64,000 bases of DNA from Candidatus Falkowbacteria bacterium (GCA_037132255.1 JBAXPN010000001.1:81020-145019), one strand, 5' to 3'. Numbered from the stretch's first letter, positions 46,656 to 57,576 are shown. Program-made: numbers and translations. Notes: a model not told the origin generated them from the sequence alone.

Positions 46656-47405
46656 ATGGAAGAAACCCGCCACAGCCAAGCTATAATTTTAAATCGCTCC
46701 GATTACCGCGAGAGCGATTCTTTAGTTACGGTCTATACGCGTGATTTTGGTAAACTTGCGCTCGTGGCTCGGGGCACTAAAAAAATTAAATCAAAACTAG
46801 CCGGGCATCTTGAGCCGATTTGTCTGGCCGATATTTTAATTATAAAAGGAAGGGGATTTGATTATGTTGGGAGTGCGCTAGCAAAAAATGCATACCTCGG
46901 CATTAAGGATAGTTTAAATAAATTATATTATGCCGGGCAGACGATAAGATGGTTTAGTCGGCTCGTTAAAGATGCGGCGCCGGATGAACGCCTCTTTCTC
47001 TTATTAAGTCGCTGGTTAGAAGTTCTTGATAATTACGAGGATGAGCAGTTTACGAAAGAGAACGGGGAACTCTATTTTACATTTTTTGCCCTTAAATTAC
47101 TGACTGAGCTCGGCTATAAACCGGAAATGTATGAATGTTTGAATTGCCGCGAAGCGATTAAACCAGGGACAAATTATTTTAATTTACGTAACGGTGGCCT
47201 AGTTTGTGGTCCATGTATGGAGAAGGAGCGCCTAAGTCAGGGTCTAAATCCAGCTGAAATATTGACAATATCTGATAATTGTATTAAACTAACGCGCTTT
47301 ATCATGGATAATAAACTTGATGCGGCAAAAAAATTAAAATTAGATAAGAAGGTTATCAAAGAATTGTCAATTTTAACCATAAATTTTTTAAATTTTCATT
47401 CCTAA
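46656..47405 (+). CDS. recO: DNA repair protein RecO
   Basis: 249 aa with an OB-fold N-terminus (AIILNRSDYRESDSLVTVYTRDFGK) and a Zn finger (CLNC...CGPC). Confidence 0.85.
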   Translation: MEETRHSQAIILNRSDYRESDSLVTVYTRDFGKLALVARGTKKIKSKLAGHLEPICLADILIIKGRGFDYVGSALAKNAYLGIKDSLNKLYYAGQTIRWFSRLVKDAAPDERLFLLLSRWLEVLDNYEDEQFTKENGELYFTFFALKLLTELGYKPEMYECLNCREAIKPGTNYFNLRNGGLVCGPCMEKERLSQGLNPAEILTISDNCIKLTRFIMDNKLDAAKKLKLDKKVIKELSILTINFLNFHS

Positions 47406-47554
47406 TAAAAAATGATAATTATTGTAAAAAAAGGTCATAAAAAGGGCCCTTTTTTTCTTGCTAAAAAGAGGAGAATGAAGTAAAATTAAAGTAGTTAAAT
47501 AAGCGAATTTTTAATAAATCCGGCTCATTAAGAGTGCGGAGCTAATTTAGTTAT

Positions 47555-48871
47555 ATGCCAAGAATTTTAATTGCCGATGCTAAAAAACAAGGCCAGGGAG
47601 AAGTGACTGTTTCCGGTTGGGTGCGAAATTTACGCCTCCATAAAGGATTAGTTTTTATCGATCTCTCGGATATCTCCGGTCTTATGCAGCTTGTTTTTGT
47701 TGCCAATAAGGAAGGCGATAATAATGATTTTGAATTAGCCGAAAAATTAAATCTTGAAAGTGTTATTCAGGTTACGGGAACATTGCAAGCGAAACCGATG
47801 AAGAAGAATGATTCGAATCCAATCCCTGATTTTGAATTAGCCGCTACCGGACTTAAATTAATTTCGCTAGCTGAAGAAGAACTGCCGATTCCGGTTTTAG
47901 ATAAAGCGGATAATGAAGCGAATTTAGATAATCGTCTTGATTGGCGCTGGCTTGATTTACGCCGCGAAGAGAATCAAATGATTTTTAAAGTTTGGTCTAA
48001 ACTTGAAGAAGGTTTTCGGGAATATTTTACCAAAAATAATTTCATCCAAATCAATACGCCATGCCTCATGAGCACATCGTCTGAAACTGGCTCAGAGGTT
48101 TTTGAAGTTAAATATTTTGACCGTAAAGCATATCTTTCCCAATCTCCCCAATTTTATAAACAGATGGCGATGGCCGCTGGTTTTGAAAAAGTATTTTGCT
48201 ATGGTCCGGTTTTTCGCGCGGAATTATCCTTCACTACTCGCCACGTAACCGAGTTTACTGGCTGGGACTTTGAAATTTCATTTATTGATTCGCACGCCGA
48301 TTTAATGGATAACGAAGAAAATTTACTCGTCGCTGGTTTTCAAAAAATTAAAGATGATTTAGGACTTGATATTGAAGTACCGACTCAACCTTTCCCAAGA
48401 ATTACGCTTGCCGAAGCGAAACAAATGCTCGCGGCAAAAGGAATTAAGAGCGAAAAGGATTGGGATTTTTCAACGGAAGAAGAAAAAGAATTAGGTCTAA
48501 TAATTAGAGCAGAAAGAAATCATGATTTTGTTTTCGTAACTGATTATCCGATTGAAGCGCGTCCTTTTTATCATATGCGTCACGAAGATAATAATAAATT
48601 AACAAAGAGTTTCGATTTGCTATATCGCGGTTTAGAAATTACTACCGGTTCACAGCGTGAACATCGGGTTGATATTTTAGAAAAACAAGCAATTGAAAAG
48701 GGAATGAATCTAGAAGAATTAAAAGATTATATTAATTTCTTCCGCTACGGTTGTCCAAATCATGGCGGTATCGGCATGGGGCCGGGAAGAATTGTCATGA
48801 AGCTCTTAGGGCTCGGGAGTATTAAAGAAGCTTGCTTCTTGCCGAGAGATGTTAAGCGTTTAAATCCCTAA
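47555..48871 (+). CDS. aspS: aspartate--tRNA ligase, archaeal/eukaryal-type short form (possibly non-discriminating)
   Basis: 438 aa with an OB anticodon domain (VSGWVRNLR), motif 2 ([15 protein letters not shown]) and motif 3 ([12 protein letters not shown]). Confidence 0.85.
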   Translation: MPRILIADAKKQGQGEVTVSGWVRNLRLHKGLVFIDLSDISGLMQLVFVANKEGDNNDFELAEKLNLESVIQVTGTLQAKPMKKNDSNPIPDFELAATGLKLISLAEEELPIPVLDKADNEANLDNRLDWRWLDLRREENQMIFKVWSKLEEGFREYFTKNNFIQINTPCLMSTSSETGSEVFEVKYFDRKAYLSQSPQFYKQMAMAAGFEKVFCYGPVFRAELSFTTRHVTEFTGWDFEISFIDSHADLMDNEENLLVAGFQKIKDDLGLDIEVPTQPFPRITLAEAKQMLAAKGIKSEKDWDFSTEEEKELGLIIRAERNHDFVFVTDYPIEARPFYHMRHEDNNKLTKSFDLLYRGLEITTGSQREHRVDILEKQAIEKGMNLEELKDYINFFRYGCPNHGGIGMGPGRIVMKLLGLGSIKEACFLPRDVKRLNP

Positions 48872-48881
48872 TATAATTTAT

Positions 48882-50273
48882 ATGTCTAAAATTTTAATCA
48901 AATCATTATATCGCGAGACGAAAGAATATTTAGGCAAAAATATTCAAGTTTCTGGTTGGGTTAGAACTTCGCGCAGCTCAAAAGACTTCGGTTTTATTGA
49001 GTTAAATGACGGCTCCTTCTTTAAAGGAATACAAATAGTTTTTGAATCAAGTCTAAATAATTTTTCTGAAGTAGAAAAAGTTAGCGTTGGTTCATCACTT
49101 GAAATTGAGGGCGAGCTCGTTGAATCTCCAGCGGCCGGTCAGGCTTTTGAACTTAAGGCGACTAAAATTACAATTCTCAGTTTAGCTCCCGAAAATTATC
49201 CCCTCCAAAAGAAAAAACATAGTTTTGAATTCTTACGCACGATTGCGCATTTGCGCGGTCGTAGTAATACTTTTTCTGCGGTCTTTCGTTTGCGCTCAAC
49301 TCTAAGTTTCGCGATTCATAAATTTTTTCAAGAAGAAGGATTTAATTATATTCATACACCAATTATTTCCACGAGCGATGCGGAAGGCGCCGGCGAAATG
49401 TTTCAAGTTACTACTCTTGATTTAAAAAAGACCAAGCTCGACGCTAAGGGCGAGATTGATTATAGCGATGATTTTTTTGGCAAGAAGGCGGGGCTTACAG
49501 TCAGCGGTCAACTTAATGCTGAAGCTTTAGTTATGGGTCTCGATAAGGTTTATACTTTTGGACCGACTTTCCGTGCCGAGAATTCAAATACGACTCGTCA
49601 TGCTTCTGAATTCTGGATGATGGAACCGGAAATGGCTTTTGCTGATTTAAATGCGGACATGGACTTAGCGGAGAAAATGTTAAAATATTTAATTGCTTAC
49701 GTTCTTAAAGAATTGCCGGAGGAAATGGAATTCTTTAATAAATTTATTGATGAAGGAATCAGCGAGCGCTTAAATAATATTTTAAATTCAAAATTCGGTC
49801 GCCTAAGCTATACTGAAGCAATTGAAATTCTTAAGAACTCAGGCAAGAAATTTGATTTCCCGGTTGAATGGGGAATTGATTTGCAGACTGAACATGAAAG
49901 ATATTTAGCGGAAGAAGTTGTTAAGGGTCCAGTATTTTTGACCGATTATCCGAAAGATATTAAAGCTTTTTATATGCGTTTAAACGACGACGGTAAGACG
50001 GTTGCCGCGATGGATCTACTCGTTCCTGGAATTGGCGAAATTATTGGTGGCAGCCAACGTGAAGAACGTTTAGAGAAGCTTGAGAAACGGATGGAAGAGA
50101 TGGGACTTAAGGAAGAAGATTACGCTTGGTATTTAGATTTACGTAAATTTGGTTCAGTTAAGCATGCTGGTTTCGGATTAGGATTCGAACGCTTAATCAT
50201 GTATTTATCCGGTATGGCCAATATCCGTGATGTTATTCCTTTCCCACGAACGCCAAAGAATGCAGAATTTTAA
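48882..50273 (+). CDS. asnS: asparagine--tRNA ligase
   Basis: 463 aa with [47 protein letters not shown] and [12 protein letters not shown]. Confidence 0.9.
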   Translation: MSKILIKSLYRETKEYLGKNIQVSGWVRTSRSSKDFGFIELNDGSFFKGIQIVFESSLNNFSEVEKVSVGSSLEIEGELVESPAAGQAFELKATKITILSLAPENYPLQKKKHSFEFLRTIAHLRGRSNTFSAVFRLRSTLSFAIHKFFQEEGFNYIHTPIISTSDAEGAGEMFQVTTLDLKKTKLDAKGEIDYSDDFFGKKAGLTVSGQLNAEALVMGLDKVYTFGPTFRAENSNTTRHASEFWMMEPEMAFADLNADMDLAEKMLKYLIAYVLKELPEEMEFFNKFIDEGISERLNNILNSKFGRLSYTEAIEILKNSGKKFDFPVEWGIDLQTEHERYLAEEVVKGPVFLTDYPKDIKAFYMRLNDDGKTVAAMDLLVPGIGEIIGGSQREERLEKLEKRMEEMGLKEEDYAWYLDLRKFGSVKHAGFGLGFERLIMYLSGMANIRDVIPFPRTPKNAEF

Positions 50274-50292
50274 TTCATTAATGTAAAATCAT

Positions 50293-51243
50293 ATGACCAA
50301 TAATCATAATGCGAAGTATGCGTTTTATTATCTCTTGTCGCTCGTCGCTTTAATTTTTACGACGGTTTCGGTCGGAATGATTGCTTATAGCATAATCGAT
50401 AAGACTGTTCCGGATGCTTTAAACTCTTATATTAGTAATTACGACGGCCAACTTAAGTTCGCGATTTCTGCTTTGATAATTGCGACGCCGATTTTCTATA
50501 TTATCTCCAGCTTAATTTTCAAGGGTCTACGCAAACAGGAATTAGAAAAAGATTCCGGTGTTCGCCGCTGGTTAACTTATTTAATTATTTTAGTATCATC
50601 ACTAATAATTTTGGGAGTATTTATCGGCATGATAAATAGTTTATTATCAGGTGAACTTACTAGTCGCTTTGTTCTCAAGGCAATTACAATATTTGTTTTA
50701 GCTGCTGGAGTATTCAGTTTCTATTTCTACGATATTAAACGTGAGGACTTAGTGCGCAAGGATATTGTTGTTCGATTATTTTTCTATATCTCTTTGGCGC
50801 TCGTGATTATCGCTTTTATCGCCGCTTTCTTCTTTGTTGAATCTCCAAAAACAGCGCGCGCTCGTCGCCTTGATCAAATTGTGATTAATAATATTTCTGG
50901 ACTCGAGAGTTCGGTAAATACTTATTACGAAAAGAATAAAAGATTACCGGAAAGTATTGATGAGCTAAAGGCAGATAAAAATATTTATCTTGATCTGAAT
51001 ACTTTGACTGATCCGGATACAAAACAACCGATTATTTATCAAAAATTTAGTGAAAAAGATTTTCAGTTCTGCGCCACTTTCCGTTTAGATAGCGCACAAA
51101 CAAATAATGACCGGATGCCAGTCGCAGTTTCTTACCCAACTTATCCGGGTGACAAGAGCCATGGCGCCGGTTATCAATGTTTGCCAGGGAGTTTATGGTC
51201 AAACGTTAAATCCGAGCCAGTTATTAATCCTGGAGTAAATTAA
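50293..51243 (+). CDS. DUF5671-like 4-TM protein fused to a pilin/pseudopilin-like soluble domain
   Basis: N-terminal AKYAFYYLLSLVALIFTTVS... with 4 TM helices. The C-terminus (RRLDQIVINNISGLESSVNTYYEKNKRLPESIDEL) resembles the helix/YP motif of type IV pilin heads and carries a Cys pair. Confidence 0.5.
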   Translation: MTNNHNAKYAFYYLLSLVALIFTTVSVGMIAYSIIDKTVPDALNSYISNYDGQLKFAISALIIATPIFYIISSLIFKGLRKQELEKDSGVRRWLTYLIILVSSLIILGVFIGMINSLLSGELTSRFVLKAITIFVLAAGVFSFYFYDIKREDLVRKDIVVRLFFYISLALVIIAFIAAFFFVESPKTARARRLDQIVINNISGLESSVNTYYEKNKRLPESIDELKADKNIYLDLNTLTDPDTKQPIIYQKFSEKDFQFCATFRLDSAQTNNDRMPVAVSYPTYPGDKSHGAGYQCLPGSLWSNVKSEPVINPGVN

Positions 51244-51245
51244 TT

Positions 51246-51968
51246 ATGATTGAATTTACGAGTAATAAATTTTCTGGGCCTCTCGGACTTCTGCTTTCGC
51301 TGATTGAGTCAGAAGAAATGGATATAACGGAGGTTAATTTAGCGAAAATCGCTGATGAGTATGTCAGTTATATTCGGGCTAACGCCGATATTAATCCCGA
51401 TGAAATGGCGGACTTTTTAGTGGTCGCGGCGAAATTATTATTTATTAAATCAAAAGCCCTTTTACCATATCTATATACTTCCGAAGACGCTCAAGAAGTT
51501 GATGATTTAGAAAAGCAATTAAGGATGTATAAGGAGTTCGTGACGGCGAGTCAGAAAATAAAAGATATTATCGCCGGCAAGCGTTTCCAATTTCTACCAC
51601 CACTTATAAAAAATCGTCGTCACCAGTTTAATCTACCAGTCTTTGCGGCGCCAACTAAAGTTACGCCGGAAATTCTGCGCGAAGTATTTCTTAAATTATT
51701 AGCCGCGCTTGAAAAACAAGTTGAAGAGAAATTACCGGAAGCGCATTTAGAACCAAAGATTAATATTGAAGATAAAATTGCTTTAATTAAGAAAATGCTA
51801 TTTGATAAAATTCGAATAAATTTTTCTAAGTTACTAGCGAGCGCGCAGAATAAGACCGAAGTTATTGTTAGTTTCTTGGCCGTGCTTGAGCTTGCGAAGC
51901 AAAAAGAATTAGTCTTTGATCAAGAAGAACTTTTTAGCGAAATTCATATCACTCGTAATCAAATTTAA
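51246..51968 (+). CDS. scpA: segregation and condensation protein A
   Basis: FSGPLGLLLSLIESEEMDITEVNLAKIADEY. Confidence 0.9.
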   Translation: MIEFTSNKFSGPLGLLLSLIESEEMDITEVNLAKIADEYVSYIRANADINPDEMADFLVVAAKLLFIKSKALLPYLYTSEDAQEVDDLEKQLRMYKEFVTASQKIKDIIAGKRFQFLPPLIKNRRHQFNLPVFAAPTKVTPEILREVFLKLLAALEKQVEEKLPEAHLEPKINIEDKIALIKKMLFDKIRINFSKLLASAQNKTEVIVSFLAVLELAKQKELVFDQEELFSEIHITRNQI

Positions 51969-51971
51969 AAT

Positions 51972-52526
51972 ATGTCATTAAAGTCACAAATTGAATCATT
52001 ATTATTTGTCGCGATTAAGCCTCTCGCTATTAAAGAGCTTGCTACTTTAACTAGTACGAAACTTAAAGATGTTGAAGAGGCGCTTTTATCGCTTGAAGAA
52101 AATTATCAGAGTGAAGAGCGCGGACTTAGTTTAATCAAGAATAATAATCAATATCAATTAACAACGGCGCCAACTAACGCTGCGCTTGTTCAGGAATTTT
52201 TGAAGGATGAAACAAGCGGGGAATTATCACAGCCAAGTTTAGAAGCGCTGACTATTATCGCTTATCGCGGACCGATCGGAAAACTTGAGCTTGAAAAAAT
52301 TCGTGGCGTTAATTGCAGTTTGATCATCCGAAATTTACTATTAAGAGGATTAATTGAAGAAAAATACGATAAGACACGGGACGAAAATTTTTATACTGTC
52401 ACCCATGATTTTGTTCGTTTCTTGGGTTTAAATAGCGTCGGCGATCTACCAGAATACAAGAAGCTTGGGACCGACGAAGCCGTTAATACGGTGATTGAAA
52501 CAGTTTTAGAAACGGAACAAATTTAA
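51972..52526 (+). CDS. scpB: segregation and condensation protein B
   Basis: IESLLFVAIKPLAIKEL... LSQPSLEALTIIAYRGPI. Confidence 0.9.
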   Translation: MSLKSQIESLLFVAIKPLAIKELATLTSTKLKDVEEALLSLEENYQSEERGLSLIKNNNQYQLTTAPTNAALVQEFLKDETSGELSQPSLEALTIIAYRGPIGKLELEKIRGVNCSLIIRNLLLRGLIEEKYDKTRDENFYTVTHDFVRFLGLNSVGDLPEYKKLGTDEAVNTVIETVLETEQI

Positions 52527-52538
52527 TTGGGTAATTAC

Positions 52539-53408
52539 ATGTGGCAATGGATTTTAAATATATTTTTGACGGTCATTTTATTGCGCTCTAACGGTAGCGC
52601 TATTGTTAATAATGATTTAAAAATTATTAAATTAAATCCGGCAGCGCTTGAATTTATTGTTGATGCGGATAAGGGAGCGGTTCTTTCTCTTAATGATCGG
52701 GTGTTTTTTTACACGAAAAATGCCGACGTAACTCAGCCGATTGCGAGCATCACAAAGCTCATGACCGCTTTAGTATTTATTGAAAATAATCCGGGCTGGG
52801 ATACGACTTATACGATCGCTGAGGCTGACCAAGTTGAAGGCGGACATTTAAATTTATTTCCGGGTGAAGAAGTTCGTATTAGTGATTTACTTAAAACCAG
52901 TTTAATCGCGTCCGATAACGGTGCAACTCTCGCTCTTGTGCATGCAACCGATTTAAGCGAAGCGGAATTTATTAAGAAGATGAACGAGAAGGCGCTTAAA
53001 CTTGGACTTAAGCAAACTAGTTTTATTGATCCGGTTGGTTTAAGTGACCAGAATATTTCTACCGCGCGTGAAGTCGCTCTACTCGCTAAAGCAGCTTTAG
53101 CTAAAAACGAAATTAGACAGGCAACTGAGAGTAAGGAATATGAATTTGAAACAATCGACGGCCGCGTTAAAAAAGTAGAGTCAACTGATTATTTATTATT
53201 TGATTCCGAGAAAAATTCTTTCCAGGTTATGGGGGGGAAAACCGGCTATACAGATAAGGCGGGTTATTGTTTCGTTGGACGTTTTAAGGATGAGAGCGGT
53301 CGCGAAATAATTTCCGTAGTCTTAAATAGTAGTGGGAAGAACGAACGTTTTAAAGAAAGTAAAAGTTTAGTGAATTGGGTTTTTAGTAATTATGATTGGC
53401 GCCCTTAA
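52539..53408 (+). CDS. D-alanyl-D-alanine carboxypeptidase (S11, PBP5-like)
   Basis: SITK (SxxK), SDN and KTGYT boxes. ATG 52539 is preferred over TTG 52527. Confidence 0.82.
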   Translation: MWQWILNIFLTVILLRSNGSAIVNNDLKIIKLNPAALEFIVDADKGAVLSLNDRVFFYTKNADVTQPIASITKLMTALVFIENNPGWDTTYTIAEADQVEGGHLNLFPGEEVRISDLLKTSLIASDNGATLALVHATDLSEAEFIKKMNEKALKLGLKQTSFIDPVGLSDQNISTAREVALLAKAALAKNEIRQATESKEYEFETIDGRVKKVESTDYLLFDSEKNSFQVMGGKTGYTDKAGYCFVGRFKDESGREIISVVLNSSGKNERFKESKSLVNWVFSNYDWRP

Positions 53409-53423
53409 GTCTTTAATTTTTTT

Positions 53424-53942
53424 ATGCCCCAGATAAATCGTTTATATTTTTGGTTCCGTAATTATTTTTGTCTCCATTTTCCCCATACTTATTGTGTTTG
53501 TAATAAGCGTAAATCAGCCGTTAAGTTTTTTATTGCCGGAAGTTTTGCGGCCGCTACTGATTTATTATTTTTATTTTTATTCCACGGAGTTTTCCATTGG
53601 TCGATTGTTCCTTCGACCAGTTTAGCTTTTGTTCTTTCATTCTTTGTCAGCTTCACACTCCAGAAATTTTGGACCTTTCGCAATTTTAGTCACGATAAGG
53701 CGGTTAGTCAATTTGTTCTCTATATCCTTAATGCTCTTATCGGTTTGAATTTGAACGGCTATTTCATGCATATGCTCGTTAATCGTTATCAGGTTTGGTA
53801 TATTCTCGCTCAGATTATCGTTAATGTCGCAATAGGCGCCTATAACTTTATTATTTATAAATCAATTGTTTTTAAAATTGGAAAAAATGAAACTCGTCAC
53901 GAACAAAAAATTATTGAGTCAGGCGCCCGCGATATGGCTTAG
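53424..53942 (+). CDS. GtrA-family membrane protein
   Basis: 172 aa with 4 TM helices. KFFIAGSFAAATDLLFLFLF is typical of GtrA-like proteins. Confidence 0.6.
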   Translation: MPQINRLYFWFRNYFCLHFPHTYCVCNKRKSAVKFFIAGSFAAATDLLFLFLFHGVFHWSIVPSTSLAFVLSFFVSFTLQKFWTFRNFSHDKAVSQFVLYILNALIGLNLNGYFMHMLVNRYQVWYILAQIIVNVAIGAYNFIIYKSIVFKIGKNETRHEQKIIESGARDMA

Positions 53943-54216
53943 AAGCGCTGGCTATACATTTATCCCTGAGCGTGAAGACGGTCAGGAGAGTTTTGCGCGT
54001 CGTTTATCCGGTGATTTCTATCCCCGTTTCCATATTTATTTTATCGAGCAGACAGATAGTAAAGGAGAAATATTCGTCACCTTTAATTTACATCTTGATC
54101 AGAAAAGACCTGGTTACGCCGGGCAAAACCGCCATAACGCGGAATACGATGGAGAAGTCGTGGAAAGGGAAATGGCGCGTTTAAAAAGTTTACTCATGCC
54201 GGGGTTTTTAGTATAA
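53887..54216 (+). CDS. hypothetical small protein upstream of dnaG
   Basis: 109 aa from ATG 53887 (TTG 53866 is also in frame). It overlaps the gtrA-like gene end by 56 nt. RFHIYF...LHLDQKRPGYAGQNRHNAEYDGEVV; no family recognised. Confidence 0.5.
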   Translation: MKLVTNKKLLSQAPAIWLRSAGYTFIPEREDGQESFARRLSGDFYPRFHIYFIEQTDSKGEIFVTFNLHLDQKRPGYAGQNRHNAEYDGEVVEREMARLKSLLMPGFLV

Positions 54217-54223
54217 ATTACAT

Positions 54224-56035
54224 ATGGGTCAGTCGGAAGAAATAAAATCAAAATTAGATATCGTTGAAGTGATTCGCGAATATACGCCCGTTAAAGCGGT
54301 CGGCGCGAATTTTCAGGCGCTTTGCCCTTTTCATAATGAAAAGTCGCCGTCTTTTGTGATTTCTCCTGATAAACAGATTTGGCATTGTTTTGGCTGCGGC
54401 CGGGGCGGTGATGTTTTTGCATTTGTAATGGAGAAAGAAAGCTTAGGATTCATGGAGACCCTACGACTACTCGCACCGAAAGCGGGCGTAGTTTTAAAAT
54501 ATGAAAATCCGGAAAATTATTCAGCGCGTAATCGTATTCTTGATGTTTTAGAACTTGCGGGAAAATACTATGCACATTTGCTCAATAATCCGACCGGAAT
54601 AAAAGCGAAAGAATATTTATCTGCACGCGACTTAAAAGAAGAAACAATTCAGGAATGGCATTTAGGTTATAGCCCGGATACCTGGAGCAATTTATATGAT
54701 TTTTTGAAAGCCCGACCGCTTACCGGTAAGAAATATACGGACGAAGAAATACTGGCCGCTGGACTCGTGATAAAAAAAGAAGGTGGACGGGGTTATTATG
54801 ACCGTTTTCGTGACCGCATCATGTTTCCGATTTGGGATGTGAATAATAATTTAATTGCTTTTACCGCGCGTATTAATCCCGCGAAGGAAAAGACAGAAAA
54901 GCTTGGCAAATACATCAATAGTCCGCAGACTGGAGTATATGATAAAAGTAGGGTCCTATTTGCCTTAAATAAGGCGAAAAATGCGATCAGGAAGGAAGAC
55001 TTAGCTATTGTCGTTGAAGGCCAAATGGACGCCATTTCTTGCCATCAGCACGGCTTTAATAACGTCGTTGCTTCTTCGGGCACCGCTCTTACAACAGAAC
55101 AAGTCGCGCTTATAAAAAGGTTTACGACTAACGTCGCTTTAGCCTTTGATATGGATAGCGCCGGGCAGATGGCGGCTGACAGGGGAATTAGAGAAGTCTT
55201 AGCCCAGGACCTTAATTTAAAAATAATAACGCTACCAAACGGCAAGGATCCAGACGATTGTTTAAGAAATAATCCGGATGATTTTAGGCGTGCAATTGAA
55301 AACGCGAAACCGATGCTCGAATATTATTTTGAAAAAATTAGCGCGGATTTAGATTTAGAAAAATTAGATAATAAAACGAAAGTGCGCGATCTCATGTTCA
55401 TCATGATTGATCTCGTTAGTAATCAAACGGAACAAGGCTATTGGCTTAAAACGATTAGCGAAGAATTAGGATTTTCGGAAGGCGATACCCGCGAAGAATT
55501 TCATGCTTGGAAAGGAAAGCAGAAAACGGCACCCGTAAAAGCCAAGAAGATTGAAGCGAAAAGTGAATACCGAACAAGAGAAGAGAGACTAGCCGAACTA
55601 TTATTAGCCCTTCTCGTCAAGTTCCCGGATTTTATTGGCTATACTTTGAGCAATTTAGAACCGGAGTATTTAGCGAGTGAGGAGAAAATTAGGTTTTACA
55701 AGAGCCTAATAATCTATTATAATAAGACTGCTTCCTTGGATTACGCTAATTTTAGATTATACTTAGAGGAAGAGGGAGCGCTCGACGAGAAATTTCTCGA
55801 TAAATTAATCCTTCTAGGGGAGAAGGATTTTTATAGCTTTGAAGCCAATGAGGCGAAATCAGAAATTATTAAAATTATTGTTGAACTCAAAAAATACGGT
55901 TGTCAAAAGAAAATTAAAAAATTAGAAAAACTTATCGCTCTGGCCGAGAAAGAAGCGCGCCAGGCCGATTTAGAAATATTAATGGGCGAGCTCATGAATT
56001 TGACCGACGAGATTAAAAAAATTAATTTAGGTTAA
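54224..56035 (+). CDS. dnaG: DNA primase
   Basis: Zn ribbon [30 protein letters not shown] and TOPRIM VVEGQMD / DMDSAG. Confidence 0.95.
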   Translation: MGQSEEIKSKLDIVEVIREYTPVKAVGANFQALCPFHNEKSPSFVISPDKQIWHCFGCGRGGDVFAFVMEKESLGFMETLRLLAPKAGVVLKYENPENYSARNRILDVLELAGKYYAHLLNNPTGIKAKEYLSARDLKEETIQEWHLGYSPDTWSNLYDFLKARPLTGKKYTDEEILAAGLVIKKEGGRGYYDRFRDRIMFPIWDVNNNLIAFTARINPAKEKTEKLGKYINSPQTGVYDKSRVLFALNKAKNAIRKEDLAIVVEGQMDAISCHQHGFNNVVASSGTALTTEQVALIKRFTTNVALAFDMDSAGQMAADRGIREVLAQDLNLKIITLPNGKDPDDCLRNNPDDFRRAIENAKPMLEYYFEKISADLDLEKLDNKTKVRDLMFIMIDLVSNQTEQGYWLKTISEELGFSEGDTREEFHAWKGKQKTAPVKAKKIEAKSEYRTREERLAELLLALLVKFPDFIGYTLSNLEPEYLASEEKIRFYKSLIIYYNKTASLDYANFRLYLEEEGALDEKFLDKLILLGEKDFYSFEANEAKSEIIKIIVELKKYGCQKKIKKLEKLIALAEKEARQADLEILMGELMNLTDEIKKINLG

Positions 56036-56043
56036 AAATTTAT

Positions 56044-57357
56044 ATGGCAAAGAAAGCGCCAAAAAAAATTAAAAAATCTACAACCAAAACTAAAATGACG
56101 ACTCCGAAAACAAAGGTGAAAGTTAAAGCGGTTAAAAAACCGATGGTTTCGGCTAAAAAAACGGCGAAGAAAGTCGTGAAAAAAGTAGTTAAAAGCGGAC
56201 CGAAATTAGTTAAGGTTGTTCCACGGCCGAAAGAAAAAGAAGTCCCGCGTGTCATTGTTAAACCATCAGACGAAGCGATGCAGAGATTAATTGATAAGGG
56301 CAGACTACGTGGTTTCATTACGGAAACTGAGCTTTTATATTTATTCCCGGAAGTTGAAGAATATGTCTATGAATATGATGTCTTCTTAGGTGATTTGCAG
56401 AAGAACGGAATTCGCATTGCCGAAGATTCTGGCCGCATTTTAGATATGGCGGAAAAGAAAGCGAATGAGCCGGCATTAACTGGCCGCGCACTCGCGCATC
56501 AGAACGCGATGAATATCGATTTATCAAAATTAAGTGCTGATTCGATTCAAATGTATTTAAAAGAAATCGGCAAGGTTGCATTACTAACAGGTGACGAAGA
56601 AGTTGAGCTTGCGAAACGAAAAGAGAAAGGCGATAAGGAAGCAGAGAAGAGAATCATTGAAGCCAATTTACGTTTAGTAGTTTCTATCGCCAAGAAATTT
56701 GCTGGCGCTAAAGGCATGAGTCTTCTAGATTTAATTCAGGAAGGAAATATCGGATTGTTTCGTGCCGTTGAGAAATTTGAATATCGAAAGGGCTATAAGT
56801 TTTCAACCTACGCGACTTGGTGGATTCGCCAAGCGATTACTCGTGCACTTGCCGATCAGTCCCGAACGATTCGTATCCCCGTTCATATGGTTGAAACAAT
56901 TAATAAATTTCAGCAGGTGCAACGTAATTTAATTCAGGAATTAGGACGTGAACCCTTAGCCGATGAAATTGCGGCGGAGATGGGAGAGGAATTAGAGAAG
57001 GTTCGTTATATCATGAAGATTTCCCAAGACACAATTTCTCTTGAGACAACGATTGGTGACGATGAAGAAGATTCAACTCTTGAAGATTTTATTGAAGACG
57101 TTAAGAACGTGACCCCCGATCGAGCCGCGGCCTTACAATTACTACGTGATTATGTGAAGAATATCGTCGCGCAACTTTCACCACGTGAACAGAAGATTCT
57201 TGAAATGCGTTTTGGTTTAGTTGACGGCGTGGCGCATACTTTAGAGGAAGTCGGACAGGAATTTGAAGTTACCCGTGAACGTATTCGTCAGATTGAGTCT
57301 AAGGCGCTCGAGAAGATCAGGAAGTTTAAGGGACTCGAGAAGCTAAGAGATTATTAA
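56044..57357 (+). CDS. rpoD: primary RNA polymerase sigma factor with a Lys-rich N-terminal extension of about 65 aa
   Basis: Region 1.2 IQMYLKEIG, region 2 [37 protein letters not shown], region 4 [20 protein letters not shown]. The N-terminus is [32 protein letters not shown]... Confidence 0.95.
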   Translation: MAKKAPKKIKKSTTKTKMTTPKTKVKVKAVKKPMVSAKKTAKKVVKKVVKSGPKLVKVVPRPKEKEVPRVIVKPSDEAMQRLIDKGRLRGFITETELLYLFPEVEEYVYEYDVFLGDLQKNGIRIAEDSGRILDMAEKKANEPALTGRALAHQNAMNIDLSKLSADSIQMYLKEIGKVALLTGDEEVELAKRKEKGDKEAEKRIIEANLRLVVSIAKKFAGAKGMSLLDLIQEGNIGLFRAVEKFEYRKGYKFSTYATWWIRQAITRALADQSRTIRIPVHMVETINKFQQVQRNLIQELGREPLADEIAAEMGEELEKVRYIMKISQDTISLETTIGDDEEDSTLEDFIEDVKNVTPDRAAALQLLRDYVKNIVAQLSPREQKILEMRFGLVDGVAHTLEEVGQEFEVTRERIRQIESKALEKIRKFKGLEKLRDY

Positions 57358-57396
57358 AAAACAAATTAGGGGCTAATATTAAGGCTATATATAGGG

Positions 57397-57424
57397 TTGA
57401 CATAATAGCCTAATTTGATATTAT
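57397..57424 (+). promoter_or_regulatory. possible sigma70-type promoter upstream of tRNA-Asn
   Basis: TTGACA (57397-57402), a 16-nt spacer, then TATTAT (57419-57424). An AT-rich hairpin plus T-run (57431-57460) lies just downstream, so its role is uncertain. Confidence 0.35.
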
Positions 57425-57497
57425 ATTAGTAAATATTTCGTTGAAATATTTTGTTTTTTTGGAGCGAGCATTGATTTGCTCAAAGACAATTTAATAT

Positions 57498-57569
57498 TCC
57501 CAGGTAGCGCAGCGGTAGCGCAGTTGGCTGTTAACCAATTGGTCGTCGGTTCGAATCCGACCCTGGGAG
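57498..57569 (+). tRNA. tRNA-Asn (anticodon GTT)
   Basis: Hand-folded cloverleaf. Acceptor TCCCAGG/CCTGGGA; D stem GCGC/GCGC; anticodon stem GTTGG/CCAAT with loop CTGTTAA; 5-nt variable loop; T arm GTCGG-TTCGAAT-CCGAC; discriminator G. CCA is not encoded. Confidence 0.93.
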
Positions 57570-57576
57570 CAAGCAT

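Noticed and set aside
47410-47483. Mini-ORFs in the recO-aspS spacer (MIIIVKKGHKKGPFFLAKKRRMK, and GAGGAG followed by ATG AAG TAA).
   Set aside because: There is no conservation evidence. The SD-like GAGGAG is only 1 nt from the ATG, which is too close to function. The GGGCCC palindrome with its T-run more likely just terminates recO.
57431-57460. AAATATTTC-GTT-GAAATATTT hairpin plus T-run, considered as the rpoD terminator.
   Set aside because: The stem is almost pure A:T and lies downstream of a promoter-like element. An alternative AAATTAGG/CCTAATTT hairpin (57364-57416) sits closer to the rpoD stop. I cannot decide which, if either, terminates rpoD, so neither is annotated as a terminator.
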